Assembly: GCA_030265395.1 (NCBI GenBank)
Contig: JARFYF010000052.1
Span: 116,704,649 to 116,768,648 of the forward strand
Reading direction: 5' to 3'
Source of the DNA: Rhina ancylostomus
Taxonomy: Eukaryota
Length of the DNA: 64,000 nt
Made by a program: the position numbers and the translations under genes
The notes under the pieces: generated by a model
Told to the model about the DNA's origin: nothing
The model's database searches: none
What the model saw: the letters and a program-made list of their open reading frames with translations, nothing else
Shown here: piece by piece, positions 37,331 through 51,064 of the stretch
Position numbering within the stretch: position 1 is the stretch's first letter
Layout: each line of letters begins with the position of its first letter

Positions 37331-39739
37331 AATCCGAGCTCAGCCATGGACTGTGGGTATCCTATGGTTTGCTACATAACTGCTTGCCAAAGTTCGATGT
37401 GGTCCTATATTTTAAAAACACACTAACTAACAGCACAGATTGATATTCCACAAGTTACTAGTTACGCCACAAGTGACAAACCAATTTGTTCATAATAAAA
37501 AGGATAACAAGCTGTCTAAAATTATAAAGAATTTCAACCAAAAAAATACTGCTTAAGGCAGTCATAGTGTCTCTGGAATTTCTCCACACATCTTATTGTA
37601 GGATTATACTGCAATGATCAGATGGATGCAATTAATATTTCTTGTGACTAAAATTAGATTTTCAACACAAGAGGACTACAAATCNNNNNNNNNNTTCTCA
37701 CACATGTTCATAATGCAGTCAGCAGTTAATGAGGTAAAGATATATGGAACTATAACATATTCCCCTGTAATTTAGCATCAGTGCAACTTGAAAAGCACAG
37801 GTATTAACTGGATTCTTGTTGGGTCAATATGGTTGCAATTGTAAATAAATTCCCTTTCCTATGTTTCTAACCAATGAATTAAAGTCACTGAAATGTCATA
37901 CAAATTTCTGTAAACTGATAAAATATTTATTAGAAATAATGTCCATGGATTTAATTCTGATTTTTGCTCCACGTACGTATTAATATTATTGTTGGATCAG
38001 GCAGATAGTGCTCAAGACGGCACCAAATTGTTTGATGGCTTTCTCTCATTTGTTTTGATGTACTGCTCATCAATTTCACCTAATGCAGGTTTCTAGTCAA
38101 CTGTGCACCTCACATCTCATGAATTCTTTTAACTAATGTCAGTTTGCGAAGGAAAAACAAAATCAGCTTTTTTTTAATAAAAAGTGCATTCAAAGGCCCA
38201 TGAATGCCAGCTGTTATTTTGGATTAAATATAGAATGTTCATAATATGGGCAATTTCACCACAGCACTGCAATCTACCTAATCTTATTTACAGCATCATA
38301 AATCGAAGGCAAATGATGACCAACAATTTTACTACAAATATGTCCAATTTTCGGGACTATTCCAAAATATCTATACAACTTTAAAAAGGTTCACGACAGC
38401 CTCATGCACAAGGTCAACTGGCATGTAAAGCACCTTTTTCCCCACCACATGGAACACTCTTGGTCTAAATATGGCCCATGTTTGAGCAGATGACTCCTAT
38501 GAGCAAAACATTCACTTAAAAGATGGCACCAGCTTCAACGGGAGTTAAGTGGACCAACATGACTTGGCTCATGGCTGTGAAATATGGTGTGTAAATCCTT
38601 CTACAGGCATTATATTTGCCCATCACTTCCACATTGTGATTACCCTTGCCCACTGATCGCATCCTCAATCACCCATTTCCCCAAGCTGATTACAAACCCA
38701 AACCTCACTCCACTGATACCTGAACATAGTCTTCAGCATCATCATCCCCTCCCAACTGAAGCTCCAACGTTCTAGAAGCAGTCATACCCCAGCCACTGTC
38801 AATCCCTAACCTTTACCATCCCCAAGCACGCTGCAACCCAGAAGCTATCCAAGTTCCTCCATCAGCTACTCAATGATTGCAGTGATGCATACAAGGCTCA
38901 ATAATTTAGGTCACGCAAGGAAAATGAACACAAAAGCTTTCGTGTACATTTTCTGTTTTGAGTCCAGTCTTTGACCTTGAGCAATACAACTATGCTGCTG
39001 GAGGCCTACGCACAAACATACATAACCAATATTCCCCCCTCCCCTCCCAACACAGCGTCTGTTCTTTTCTGGTTTATCATTCTATGAGCTGTGGGATAAT
39101 TTCTAGGTGGTTGCTTTTTAGCAATAGGTATCTCAGCTGAATCTCTCAGATCTTCAAGTATCATGGGTAAATATCTGGTAAAAGTTTCTCTAACTCAGCT
39201 ACTGAATGCTGAAAATGTAAAACAACAAAACTTCCAAAATGTCTGTACATCAGAGGTTTCATTCCCTCATTAAATGTCTTGGTTTTTTTAAATAACAGCA
39301 AAAACCACCACCAAACCAAATTTCCACCTCAATGCAAATCAAAATAGGCCAATTTACATCAAGTTGAACATTTAGCATTTTGCCAAACCCTCACATTTTG
39401 ATCATTTCCAACCATAAAATACAATTTATTTATAGCCTAATTAATGGAAAACAATTTTTTAATCTCTATTTCCCCACCTACCTTTTTTTAAAATCATTCC
39501 TCCACAGTTTAAACCCTTTGCTCCTAATAAATGCTTAATTCTCACAAACTTCCTTTGTTTGTCAATAACTTTTTAAATGTAATTTCTTCAGGCTGCTTTA
39601 ATATTCATGCTTCACCATTTGCTTCAGTAATCTGTTTAGTTCTAATATTTACAGAAATAATTTTTTTTAAATCATTGGAACCTTGCCTATAAGCATCCCA
39701 ACAGGGACAAATAACATCCATATTGTAAAAGTGTTTGGC

Positions 39740-41060
39740 GTCGACCACCTCCAATGAGACTGCATCTACGCACGATAATCAACAGCATCACCAAGTTCCC
39801 CATAACCAACATCTTGGGGATCACCATGGACCAGAAACTCAACTGGACCAGCTACATCAATACAGGTCAGAGACTAGGTATCCTGCAGCAAGCGAGTCAT
39901 CTCTAAACATCTCTCAACCATCTACAAGGCAGAAGTCAAGAGTTTGGTGGAATACTCTCCACTTGCTTGGATGAGTATGAATCCAGCTCCAACAGCACTC
40001 AAACGTGACGTTGTCCAGGAAAGAAGTAGCCCATTCATCTGTAACCCCATTCACCATTTCAAACATTAATTTCCTTAACCTATTAACACATTGGTGCAAT
40101 CATGAAGAAGGCATGCCAGCAGCTCTACTTTGTTCAGAGTTTGAGGAAATTTGATATTTCACCAAAGACTCTTGCAAATAGATGTACGCTGTGACCATTC
40201 TGACTGGTTGCCTTACAGCCTGGTATGGAGGCTCCAATGTACAGGATCGCAACAGGCTGCAGAGGGTTGTAGACTCAGTCAGCTCCATCATGGGCACGAC
40301 CCTCCCCACCACTGAGGATATATCTTCAGTCTTCGTTAAGGACCCTCACCTCCCAGGACGTGCCCTCTTTCCAGTACTATGGTCAGGGCAGAGGTACAAG
40401 AGCCTGAAAACCCACACTCAATGATTCAGGAACAGCTCCTTTCCCTCCGTCATCAGATTTCTGGATGGTCCATGAACACCATTGTTCCTTTATTTTTTGC
40501 ACTATTTATTTTGTAATTTATAGTTTATGCCTTTGCACTGTACTGTTGCCGCAAAACAATTTCAAGTCAATTAAGACAGTGATAATAAATCTGATTCTGA
40601 TACACCCTGCCTACAGTGTGTATCATCAACAAAATGAACTGCAGTGACTCGCCAAGGCTACTCTGACTGCACCTTCCAGACTTCCCCAAGACAGACAAGG
40701 ATAGCAAGAGCATGATAATACCATCATCTGCAAGCTCTGTCAAATCATATCCAGCTGACACAGATAAGCATGACATATTAACGCACCCTGGGTACTTGAG
40801 ATGGACAAAAAAAAATTGAATTCTATTTACTTTTGAGGTAGCATACAAACTAACAATTTAAAGTAGCATCCACATTGCAGAATCATATCATTCTGACGTG
40901 AAAACATTACCATTCCTTCAACACTGCTGAGTCTAAATCCTGGAACTTCTTGTGCAACTGCATTGGGGGGAGTACCTTCACCAAAAAGACTGTACTGCTC
41001 AAGATGATGGCTTACTAGCACCTTATCTAGGGAATTTAAGGGTACACAATAAAAGCTTGA
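39740..41060 (+). mobile_element. CR1/L2-group LINE 3' portion, interrupted by a Rex1 fragment and a 129-bp templated insertion
   Basis: CCATCTACAAGGCAGAAGTCAAGAGTTTGGTGGAATACTCTCCACTTGCTTGG (IYKAEVKSLVEYSPLAW); colinear with 54950-55590. Confidence 0.8.
40088..40601 (+). mobile_element. Rex1/Babar LINE, 5'-truncated
   Basis: KKACQQLYFVQSLRKF and ILTGCLTAWYGGSNVQDRNRLQRVVDSVSSIMGTTLP; tail GATAATAAATCTGATTCTGAT. Confidence 0.85.
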
Positions 41061-41460
41061 CTTGGGAGCATTATCCCCACCTTGAAAAGTGAAGTATAAT
41101 GATGAGATATTTTTTTTAAAAGTGACTGGACTAACCTTTGTTGGAATGGAGGCATTGCTTTCCCAAGATCATACTTCCAATTAGGTTGATATACTTTCCT
41201 TTAGATTTAGTTTGTTCGAAGCTACATAATGAACCTCCTCTTCTTGCATTACAAAATGCATCCTGACATTTGGTGCAGTAACTAACAATGCATTAATTCA
41301 ACTCAGTAAATCCACCACCNNNNNNNNNNNATCAACCACCATATACATCAAAATGTGCATTTTTAATCCAACAAATTACAATGCATTTTGGCAAACAATT
41401 AAACCAAGGAGCACATATCCAATCTCTAGGGTCACAGATTACAACTTGAGCAGAAATTTT

Positions 41461-41735
41461 AGGCACAGTAGCGCAAGAGTCAGAGCTGCTGCCACACAGC
41501 TCCGTCATCCCAGGCTCTCCTCGGATGTGTGGAATTTGCATTTTCTCCCTCTGACCTCATGGGTTTCCTTGGGATGCTCTGGTTTCCTGCCACATCCCAA
41601 AGACATGCTGGTAGGTTAACTGGTAACTGCAAATGTCCCCTGCTGTAGGTGGGTGGATCACAGCCAGGTTGACGGGAACATGAGAGAGAATAGCTTATAG
41701 GGAAGAGGGGGCGGACTGGGACTGATGAAAGCAAA
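41461..41735 (+). mobile_element. V-SINE, degraded
   Basis: GTGTGGAATTTGCATTTTCTCCCTCTGACCTCATGGGTTTCCTTGGGATGCTCTGGTTTCCTGCCACATCCCAAAGACATG V-domain, homologous to 28255-28336. Confidence 0.82.
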
Positions 41736-43268
41736 ATGGCCCTCTATATTGTAAGAATATATAAAAACGGACTAAAATTTGTCCTTCCTACCCCAATAAT
41801 GGACAGACCAATTTTATCAGATCCTGCTGAGATTTGCTGATGAAGCAGAAATCAGGCTTAATATCTTGCATTCCATGGTTTCAAAAGCACAAGAGCAGTG
41901 AATCTCTAACCAAATGACCCAATGAGAGAGCTGGATGCAATCTTATAGGAGTCTGTACTATACAATTTTTTTCTTGCAGTCATTAGCAGCCTAGCATGTC
42001 AGCTATTTTAAAACATCAACTATTCTTGAAAGAACCAACAGTAAACACCCAATTTTGTTACAATAGGTTCTACTAATCAAACAGTAAAACAATCTTAGTC
42101 TTGAGTATCCTTTGACCGCAGTGTTTAAAGGTTACAAAACTGTTTGCAAGAAATGATCAGTTCTCACCTCAGAAGAAATAGAAGTGAAATGTAATGGGAC
42201 TAATTTCACAAGAGCCCCCTGCACTTCAGTTTAATTTCAGTTCAAATTAGTGTTTGATGGGAAGAAAATGAAGAAACAAAAGAGTAAAAGACATCCCTAT
42301 TTTCAATTGGCAGTAAACATAAAAGTGAATGCACCCATCCTCAAGATCAGAATAACTTGTCCTAATGTACTCTGAGTTAAAAGGTGAAGTGCTGGTCAAG
42401 CTACACTGGCATATGATGACATGTCTTGCAGTTGAAGCAAACTGCTCTGATGACCTGGTATGTTTAAAAACAAATTTACAACTGTATTTTCAAACTCATT
42501 TCTACAATGTGATAACAATTATTCTAACTTCCTTTTAATTCCCTCAAGTGTAGCAAGAACTTATAGTGCACATAAAGACCATTCATGAACTCGAAAAAAT
42601 TCAACTCTCCTTGGATTTGTTCATCACTATACAGCACAAATAGTCTCATAAATTCATGTTAATTCTTAAAAGAAAAACAAAACACTCACCCCCCCAACCC
42701 AATCTCCANNNNNNNNNNAAACCACATATTAAAATCCAGCTAACTGGCAACAAACCACAGTAGTACATTAAATAATAACACATTTATTGTTCAAGCTTTC
42801 AACATGGTACCTTAAAAATAAAAAATGTACTTTTCTGACTTTGGTGACTTCATCCTTAAGTATTTGAAGTCATGATTTCCTGCTCAGTAATATTATCTGT
42901 CACTAGTATTTGTAAGTGATATAATGCAAAAATAGGAATGGCAACTTGATTACTTGTAAAAAAATGTTTCACCAATTTGAGAAAAGATGTTAAAGCTGAA
43001 TCACATTCTCAGCCACTGAATTAAAAAGAGCTCCTGACCTGTGCCATTTTTCAGCTTGTGAAATCTCGGGAATGATTTGTTTACAACCCTTGTTAAATTC
43101 TACTTAAGGAAACATTTTACAGTTAAGTTTATACATGAAACAACCACTGACAAGCTCCACACATATTTAGCTTCCATTGTCATTAATGCTTTTTATGTGA
43201 TGTTGTATTAAGTAGAAAGATTGATGTTGGGCAGAGAGGGTCACATATTGGAACAACATGCAGTAACG

Positions 43269-43402
43269 TATCCAGCTGACATAGATAAGCGTGACACATT
43301 AACTCACCCTTGGTACTTGTGATGGACAAAAAAATTGAATTCTATTTATGTTTGAGGTAACATATGAACTAACAATTTAAAGTAGAGTCCACATTGCAGA
43401 AT
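43269..43402 (+). repeat. Local dispersed duplicate (probable donor) of 40748-40883
   Basis: By-eye alignment gives 13 substitutions and one 2-nt indel over about 129 bp. Confidence 0.92.
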
Positions 43403-46400
43403 TACAACACCTCTTTTCCTTCCAAAAACCCAAGGTTGTGAGATCTTTTGATCTTTTTCAGTTGTGATTCCAAAACAAATGGGGAAAAAAAACATTTAGC
43501 AAAAGTGGTAAACTGTGCCAGAGAAAAACAAAGTTGCTTCAACCACTGTAACAGTAGTTCAGAGCACAATGGGAAACTATTTTCTGCATGTGTGACTACA
43601 CAAATCTCAAATGATCAGACCATCAGGTTTTATTTTGTATGGGTTTTCCAGGAAGCTCAGTCATGCATTGAGCAAAACAAGGAAAAAACAGGCTTGCTGG
43701 AAGTTTCCACTCAGCTGGCTATCATCCTGATCATCTGTTCCTCACACACACGGAGTGGCTGAGTTTCCTGTTTTCAAAGGATTTTCACATTTGTTAGTCT
43801 CAAAGTTGCAATACAAAAATAGCCCAAAGCTCTCACCCAATTGCATCAACTAGCTTGTAGCAAAGCAGATATTTTAATAGTATCACAACAAATTCATGAT
43901 TCAAGAATGAACAAAGTACACAAGTGTCTTCGACTTATTAGATTTCTAGAGTGTACACTTGACAACAGACTCTTCTCTATGCAAAGACTCAACTAACACC
44001 ATTACAGTTACTGCCAAGCAAAATACTAACCAACAGAAAGCAACAAAAAAAAACCTTTGAAAACACAAGTTTGACAATAGATTGGACCACACTACAGAAT
44101 CCAACTTGAAAACAAAAACGTTCAGGATAAGATGAATTGGCAGGGAAAACAGTAGGCATATTTCAAAATGCTTAAGTGCATATTAATTTTTTCCCCTAGT
44201 TAGTCTTGCTGTTCAAAGATTTTGTCATAAAAGTTTCAAACAGACTGAAACTAACACATATAAATCACACCAGCAATCACAGTGAACTCAAGTCTCGATC
44301 TCAAACACAGTTGTGGATACATCATGAACTACGAAGATTTCAAAGACAATGTACAAGGAGCTTTACAGAAAATATCACAATTCTTACAAACTTCCAACTT
44401 TATACAAGCTTTTTATTTTTTTAAAAAAGTCTAACTGCTACATCTCACAAATAACTGTATACTCCACACAACAGAGNNNNNNNNNNNNNNNNNNNNNNNN
44501 NNNNNNNNNNNNNNNNNNNNNNNNNNNNNNNNNNNNNNNNNNNNNNNNNNNNNNNNNNNNNNNNNNNNNNNNNNNNCACAAATAACTCTATACTCCACAC
44601 AACAGAGTGAAAGGATTTCCACCTTTTGTGGAGAAAACTAGGGCTGGCTGACTTGGCTGCAGCTGCAAGAATCACACACCAAGCCTTGGACTCTCACTTT
44701 CACACATCTCCTACTTCAGGGAAAGCTGCCTGTTAATGCTACCCAGCCCAAAACAAAATGCAAGTCAACGTGAACACTACGACTGGAAGTCTATCCGCAA
44801 TCTGAAGTTATTTTCACCAGTTTTACCCTTTGTCGCCTGTGAATTCAGTCAATGCACCAGCTGTTCCTGCGGTTGAGCTTGCCCTGCGACATGCAATCTG
44901 GTCACTTTCCTGCCAGCTTCCCATCTTTACACCACCCTCCTCCAAAGACCTTTGACACACAGGAAGTAGACACAATGGTCTGAAAATAACAGTCACCAGC
45001 AACGGCAGCACACTCAAATCAACCATGTCTGTGTAAAAAAAATAATCATCCCATCTAAAATCAGCTCAGTCCATTATCCTCGAAAGAATCACCTCAAATC
45101 ATTGCTGCTCTCCCAGATGCCCAATAGAAGATTGGTCTCCTTCCCCACTAAAACAACCTAGATGGGTAGCAACACAAGAATTCTTAATTCAATGGTAACT
45201 TCATAGTGTTAAGTGCAATTAATTTTAAATTGTTAGGAAAAGAATGAGCAAATTTTTGTTAAGCAGAGATCACAGAAGCATAGAATATAGTCACTGGAAG
45301 CAACCGAAGTGGAATATTTTTTTAAGAAGAAACAAGATAGATATGCAAAGTAGAAGATATAGAGCTGTGGGGAATGAAGAGGCAGGCAGCATCATCACTT
45401 AACTTTGTTTTGAGAGAACATTTCCGACTTACACAAACCAAGGGATATGGGCTCAGGCTAAGGGGTCTACCTTTCTCCAAGTCATAAGCCGTAGACACTG
45501 TGGGTGGGACAGAACATTCAAAAGCAGAAAACTGACCGTGAGGTAGGGCACTCCATTCTTTTCTTAAGATAAAAGATTACAGGTGCCCTACTTGAATTCT
45601 GAAAAGGTCCTCACCCAAATAGGCGATCTTTGGATTGCAGTTGTGAAAAATTTGCATGGTCTCTTCTGTGTTGTAAAGATCTATGGAAATGTATGTAATC
45701 AAAATATCTTCACTTTTAAAAGAAATCAAGATATTTTATTGGTTCAATGGAACATCTTGCAGATTGACTGCCGTCTAATGAAATCTGGTTCCCCGTCCTA
45801 AACTAGGACCTCCTGTACTACAGGAGACTACAAGAAGATTGGAACAATTGCACATAAAAGTACAGAATAACTTGAAGGCAGGTTTGCTTAATTACTAGGA
45901 AAACACCTTGAGAAAAGGTGCTTCCCATCATTGGTGGCACTCAGAGCAGCACATTAAATTATGGCATAACCCTTATCTGCAGAAATACATAAACAGATGA
46001 ATATCTGATGTCATTACCTGGGTAAAACAGATGGCCAAATCAAGAAATATGCTTGCCTCAGTTTAGAATATACAAAACAGTGGCTAACTTGACAGAAAAT
46101 GCAACAAAAATGAGCCAATATCACGATCTCACAGATAATGAGTTTGATTCCAGCCCAGCACCATATAACTAGAATGCCTGCAATAAACATTACCATTATG
46201 GAGATAAAATTTAGTAGCTCACTACAGGTGTATTGCTGATGTGGTAATGGCATTATGCTAGAATTTCCATTTATCTTTCAGTTCCCTGTTCCCTAAATGA
46301 CATGACATTTATGAGCATTAACAGATGTTTATGCTACATTAAAACAAGTGCTGATATTAGTTATGCCCGAAAGAGCACAGGAAATGTAAGCTACCATGAG

Positions 46401-48851
46401 TGTGGATTTAACAGCTTCTCACTTCAATTTACCCATTAATTTTTTCACTGGCATTATAATAATTCAAAATGTACTGTACGAAATTGCAATTAAAAGATGT
46501 AAAGGAAAGAAAACAGGTATATCCAGCAAGTTTGCTTGCTTTGATCCTAAACTTTCACACTTCTTTCAAACAATATTCCTAACATTCTTGAGCTAATGCC
46601 ATTAGAATTAAATCAGGATCTTCAGACAGTTGAAGGAAATTAGTACTTTTCATCTAAGTACCGACTTTGGAGAGCTGAACAAAACATTTGTTTTAATTTT
46701 CTTTAGGATATTTTTGTTGAAGATGATTTTATGGATACATTTGTTCAGTTTATGTTTATAACTGTTTCCATCAAATTAGAATTTGAGAATTCATTCAAAA
46801 CTAAGCAAACAATCAACATGTTTGTCAAAATTTAGTTGCAAAGAAACAAGGGGGTTATGAAGTTTTAACTGGTTGTCTTTCCAAAGCAACTTCTTAGAAG
46901 GAAGGTAAATTTCAATATTCATCAAGGTCAGTGATGAAACCAAACAAACTTTTTCCACCCAGTACCAGCAGCAAGCTTTCCCAGATCATGTATGGCATGC
47001 AATGTCAAGCTTCCTTCACTGTGCCCTAACAGAGTAACTCAAAACACAAATTCAGATTACTCTTTAGTTAATTGACGGTAACTCACTGCCTTCCTTAGAG
47101 CCCAAGTTACATTTCAATCTAATGTCAAATAGGTTTTAGGCTATGGACTATTATCCCTATGAAAGAGGTTCAAGAATTTTGCCTTGAGACATTTGCAAGA
47201 GGTCATTTTGGGGATACGAAGCTCAATTCAAAATATTCTCAGTTTACAGACAAATTGATTTCTCTTAATCTATGCATCAAAAAGAAGTTAACTTTACCAT
47301 ACTTACAAAAAAATACTTGTGTTCTTGTTGTCCTTCAAACACTGTGGCTCAGTCTGCCAGAATCACAAATCAGTTGAATTTATATCTTTAAAAAGATTTG
47401 CTGTAACATGATCCAGTATTGGTAGTTTTACCTCATGTCATCACACATGCAAAATGATTTTACAACAGCAGATTTGAGCCAAGATTCAGATCAATATTGT
47501 GCATATACAAAGAGGGGTGTGTTTTGCTTGTAGTCCACGTCTGTGACATCAAACACCTTACTGCACGTTCAACATAAAGTTTATAAATAACAGACAAGAT
47601 GCATGTATGATACTATTGTTTGTGACAAATCAAAAAGAGTTACATTGGGATCAATTCCCAAATCTTCACTGCTACAATAACACAAGGGTAACTGAATGTC
47701 AAATTTCTTTATTTTAATGAGGTTTCATAGTATTTTTCCAATATTAGAGGAATTGAATTTTTAACATTGTTCAATTATATTGGAATAGAATGAAATATGG
47801 TGACAAGCCAGTTTCTATTTTAGTTATATTGGAATCTTAAAGGTGTGTTTTATTATTTGTTTTTCCACAATTCTTGTCACTACGAAATGGCTGTTGTGGT
47901 TATAAGCCATTTTAGATGGATAGGAACCTATGGTGTTTTTGTACAATATTAAACATAAGTATCTGTATTTATTAATCTCAGTTCTGACTCAGGACATCAA
48001 AGACCTTCACATCCAATTTGTGAACAGTAAGACACCACCACCAACACAAGAATAGGTCTCTCCTTAAATTACTCTTAAAATGAACCAAAATGATCACAAC
48101 TTTGGTGTCATATTTGTCCAGAGATGCAAATCTACATCAAGATCACTTATTTCTGTCCCCGTAACATGCCACAACCTCATCTGTATCTCAGCTCAACTGT
48201 GGCCAAAAGCCTCTGAATACTGGACTTGACTTCAACACAAGGCTGCATACTCTCCCTCATTTCACCCTCAATCTTGAGGCTATCAGAAATCTGCCGTTTC
48301 CTAATTAGCACAGAGCTTCACCTCCCAGATTAAGTGGCAGCCATTTGTATTTGTTGAATTTCTTCTCATATCGGACATGGAGGTTTTACCAATTACTGCT
48401 AAACTGCAAGTTTACAGATCAATCTCCACATCACATCTACGGCCTGCTAAAATGAACTGCAGAGATTCCAGACCCTCCCTTTTTAGATAATTAGTAATCA
48501 AATCTTTTAAGCATTCTCGTTCCAGAAAAAAGGTTCCATCTATTTTAGAAGTAGCAGGAACAGATGTAATCAAAAGAGCAGTACATTTACTGCATTTACA
48601 AATCTACCATCAACAAGCCACTATTATAATATCATGGAGCAACAGTTGAAACCAAATCTGAAAAGTTTTTCATCCTTTTTTTGAAAAACACTTACAGGAA
48701 AACTTGACACAGTTCAAACCCTCTATAACTTTAAATATGTTTAAATATTTTTTCAAAGAACAATTGTTAAAGTGCATAAAAATACTTGAAATAGGAACAA
48801 ACCCAGAAGAAAAACCCACAAGTCAATCACATCTGTGGGGAGGAGAAACAG

Positions 48852-48900
48852 GTCATAAGACCATAAGACATAGGAGCAGAATTTGGCCATTCAGCCCATA
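48852..48900 (-). mobile_element. CR1 extreme 3' tail
   Basis: GTCATAAGACCATAAGACATAGGAGCAGAATTTGGCCATTCAGCCCAT, with a repeated 9-mer tail. Confidence 0.7.
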
Positions 48901-49479
48901 ATTTTGCCTTAAACAATTTTGGATTTAAATTGTAGGCGCTACACACATTAAAGAGTAAGAAAGGAACTGCATACAAAAACCAGAGTTGAAATCAGAAAGG
49001 AATTGAAAATGGAATGATGTTTAACAGATTATCCCAGTCCAGTAATGGAAGGAACCAGTGTTTAAATAGCCGTGGAAGTGGGAGGCTTGGGGAAATGAGA
49101 CATATGGAAATTATTGTAACAGCAAGTCTTTTTGCAATTCCTCTGTACACCATCTTAAACAGGTAAAAAAAAATAGTAAAATAAAATGACAACCATCCAT
49201 CTTGAAATTTGACAGTGGAAACATTAAAAGCAGCTTTGATTATTCTGCCACACTGTAACATTGGAAGTGGCTGGAAGGTCANNNNNNNNNNNNNNNNNNN
49301 NNNNNNNNNNNNNNNNNNNNNNNNNNNNNNNNNNNNNNNNNNNNNNNNNNNNNNNNNNNNNNNNNNNNNNNNNNNNNNNNNNNNNNNNNNNNNNNNNNNN
49401 NNNNNNNNNNNNNNNNNNNNNNNNNNNNNNNNNNNNNNNNNNNNNNNNNTCTAATTTCATCAACGTACCATTCCTATTC

Positions 49480-49903
49480 TAACACACAAAATGCTGGAGG
49501 AACTCAGCGGGTCAGGCAGCATCTCTGGAGGGAAATGGACAGTCAACATTTCAGGTTGAGGCCCTTCATTAGGACTTCATTAAGAGCAGAGATATCCAGT
49601 ATAAAAGGGTGGGGGGTGGAGCAAGAGCTGGTGGGTGATAGGTCGCTCCAGGTGAGAGAGGGGGAGAGTGGGAACAATGCAAGAAGCTGGAAGGTGATAG
49701 GTGGAAGTGACAAAGGCCTGAAGATGGAATCTGATAGGAGGGGTCAGTGGTTGATGGAATAAAAAGTGGATGAGGAGGGGAACTGGAGGGAGGAATACAT
49801 AGGTGATGGGCAGGTCAAGAGGGTAGGGGAGGGGAAAGGGAAGAGGTGATGCTGTCGGTGGGATAAGGAGAAAAGAAAAGGGGGACAGCAGTTACCGGAA
49901 GTT
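49480..49903 (-). mobile_element. Penelope-like element 3' region with degenerate hammerhead motif
   Basis: Terminal repeat shared with 8070-8178, followed by a purine-rich UTR. Minus strand 49576-49541 reads AGTC CTAATGA A GGGCC TC AACCT GAAA TGTT GACT. Confidence 0.75.
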
Positions 49904-49904
49904 A

Positions 49905-51030
49905 GACTCCACACCCTGTGTTCCTATTTCTATTCCTTTCATTTTCCCTGGCTAACCAGGTTCCTCCTGTAGATTCATTGATGCCGTCTATCTGTGGTAT
50001 CTGAGGCTCCCTGTGGTAGTGAATTTGACCATCTAAGGTTAAAGAACTTTCTGTTGAATTTCCACCTTGTTTATTAGCGACAATTTCATATTTCATGAAC
50101 CCTGGGGTATGTGGCACATTTGACTTCCTTGGTTGGGCCACTGAGTGTGGGAGTTGGCAAGTCATGTTGCAGCTGTGGTTGGGCTGTGTTTATGGTGTTG
50201 TGCGTGGTTCTGATCACCATGTTGTGGGAGAAGTGTGGAGCTTTTGAACAGGTGCAGAGGAGGTTCACCAGGATATTGCCTGGATTAGAGAGTATTAGAT
50301 ATAAAGAGAGGTTGGACAAACTTGCATTTTTTCCTCTGGACCTTCAGGAGCCGAGAGGGTGACCTGATAGAAGTATATTAAATTATGAGAGGCACAAATT
50401 GGGTAGATAGTCAGAATCTTTTTCCCCCAGGGTGGAAATATCAAATACAAAAGGGCATAAGAGAGGGGGAAAGTTTAGAGGGGGTTTATGGGACAAATTT
50501 GTTACACAGAGAGTGGTAGGTGCCTGGAACGTGCACAGCAATGATTAAAAGGCACTTCAGCAGACACATGAACAGGCAAGTGATGAAGGGATACAAACCA
50601 TGTGCAGGCATACAGGATAGGTTTAGTTTGGCATCGTGGTCAGTACAGACATGGCCTGTTCTTTTGCTGCACTGTTCCACCTTCTATGCAAGTCCTAGTT
50701 CTTGTTTCAAGTACAAGTGGAAACAACATCTCTGCACTGAAATTTGTCCATAAAAATCCCTATCAGAATCAATTTCAGGTGTTTTTGCAGGAAAGCCTGT
50801 TCAACATTTCCTCCCTAAAACAACCTTTCCGCTTGTGTCTTTCAAGTTTTTTTTCCCCCCACCTTCTACAACGCTCTGTTTAGATATTCTAGTTTGGATC
50901 CAAGAACTATTTCTGTCCAAAGTTGAACATAATACTTCTGCCTTTCAATTATATTCCTCTGGAAATCAATCCTAGTGGAGTGTTTATTTCTGAAGAAAAT
51001 TACCATACCAACTCTTAGTGATCAGAAGTA
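49905..51030 (-). mobile_element. Old minus-strand CR1 split by a younger plus-strand CR1
   Basis: CTCCCTGTGGTAGTGAATT...AAAGAACTTTCTGTTGAATT...ATGAACCCT resumes after the insert as CCTAGTTCTTG...ACAAGTGGAAACA and later TCCAAGAACTATTTCTGTCCAAAG. Confidence 0.55.
50104..50688 (+). mobile_element. 5'-truncated CR1 with an A-to-G hypermutated 5' block
   Basis: EQVQRRFTRILPGLESIRYKERLDKL; tail CTGCACTGTTCCACCTTCTATG; colinear with 13730-14337. Confidence 0.9.
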
Positions 51031-51064
51031 TCTGTGAGGTAATACATCTAGGGATACACTTCTC

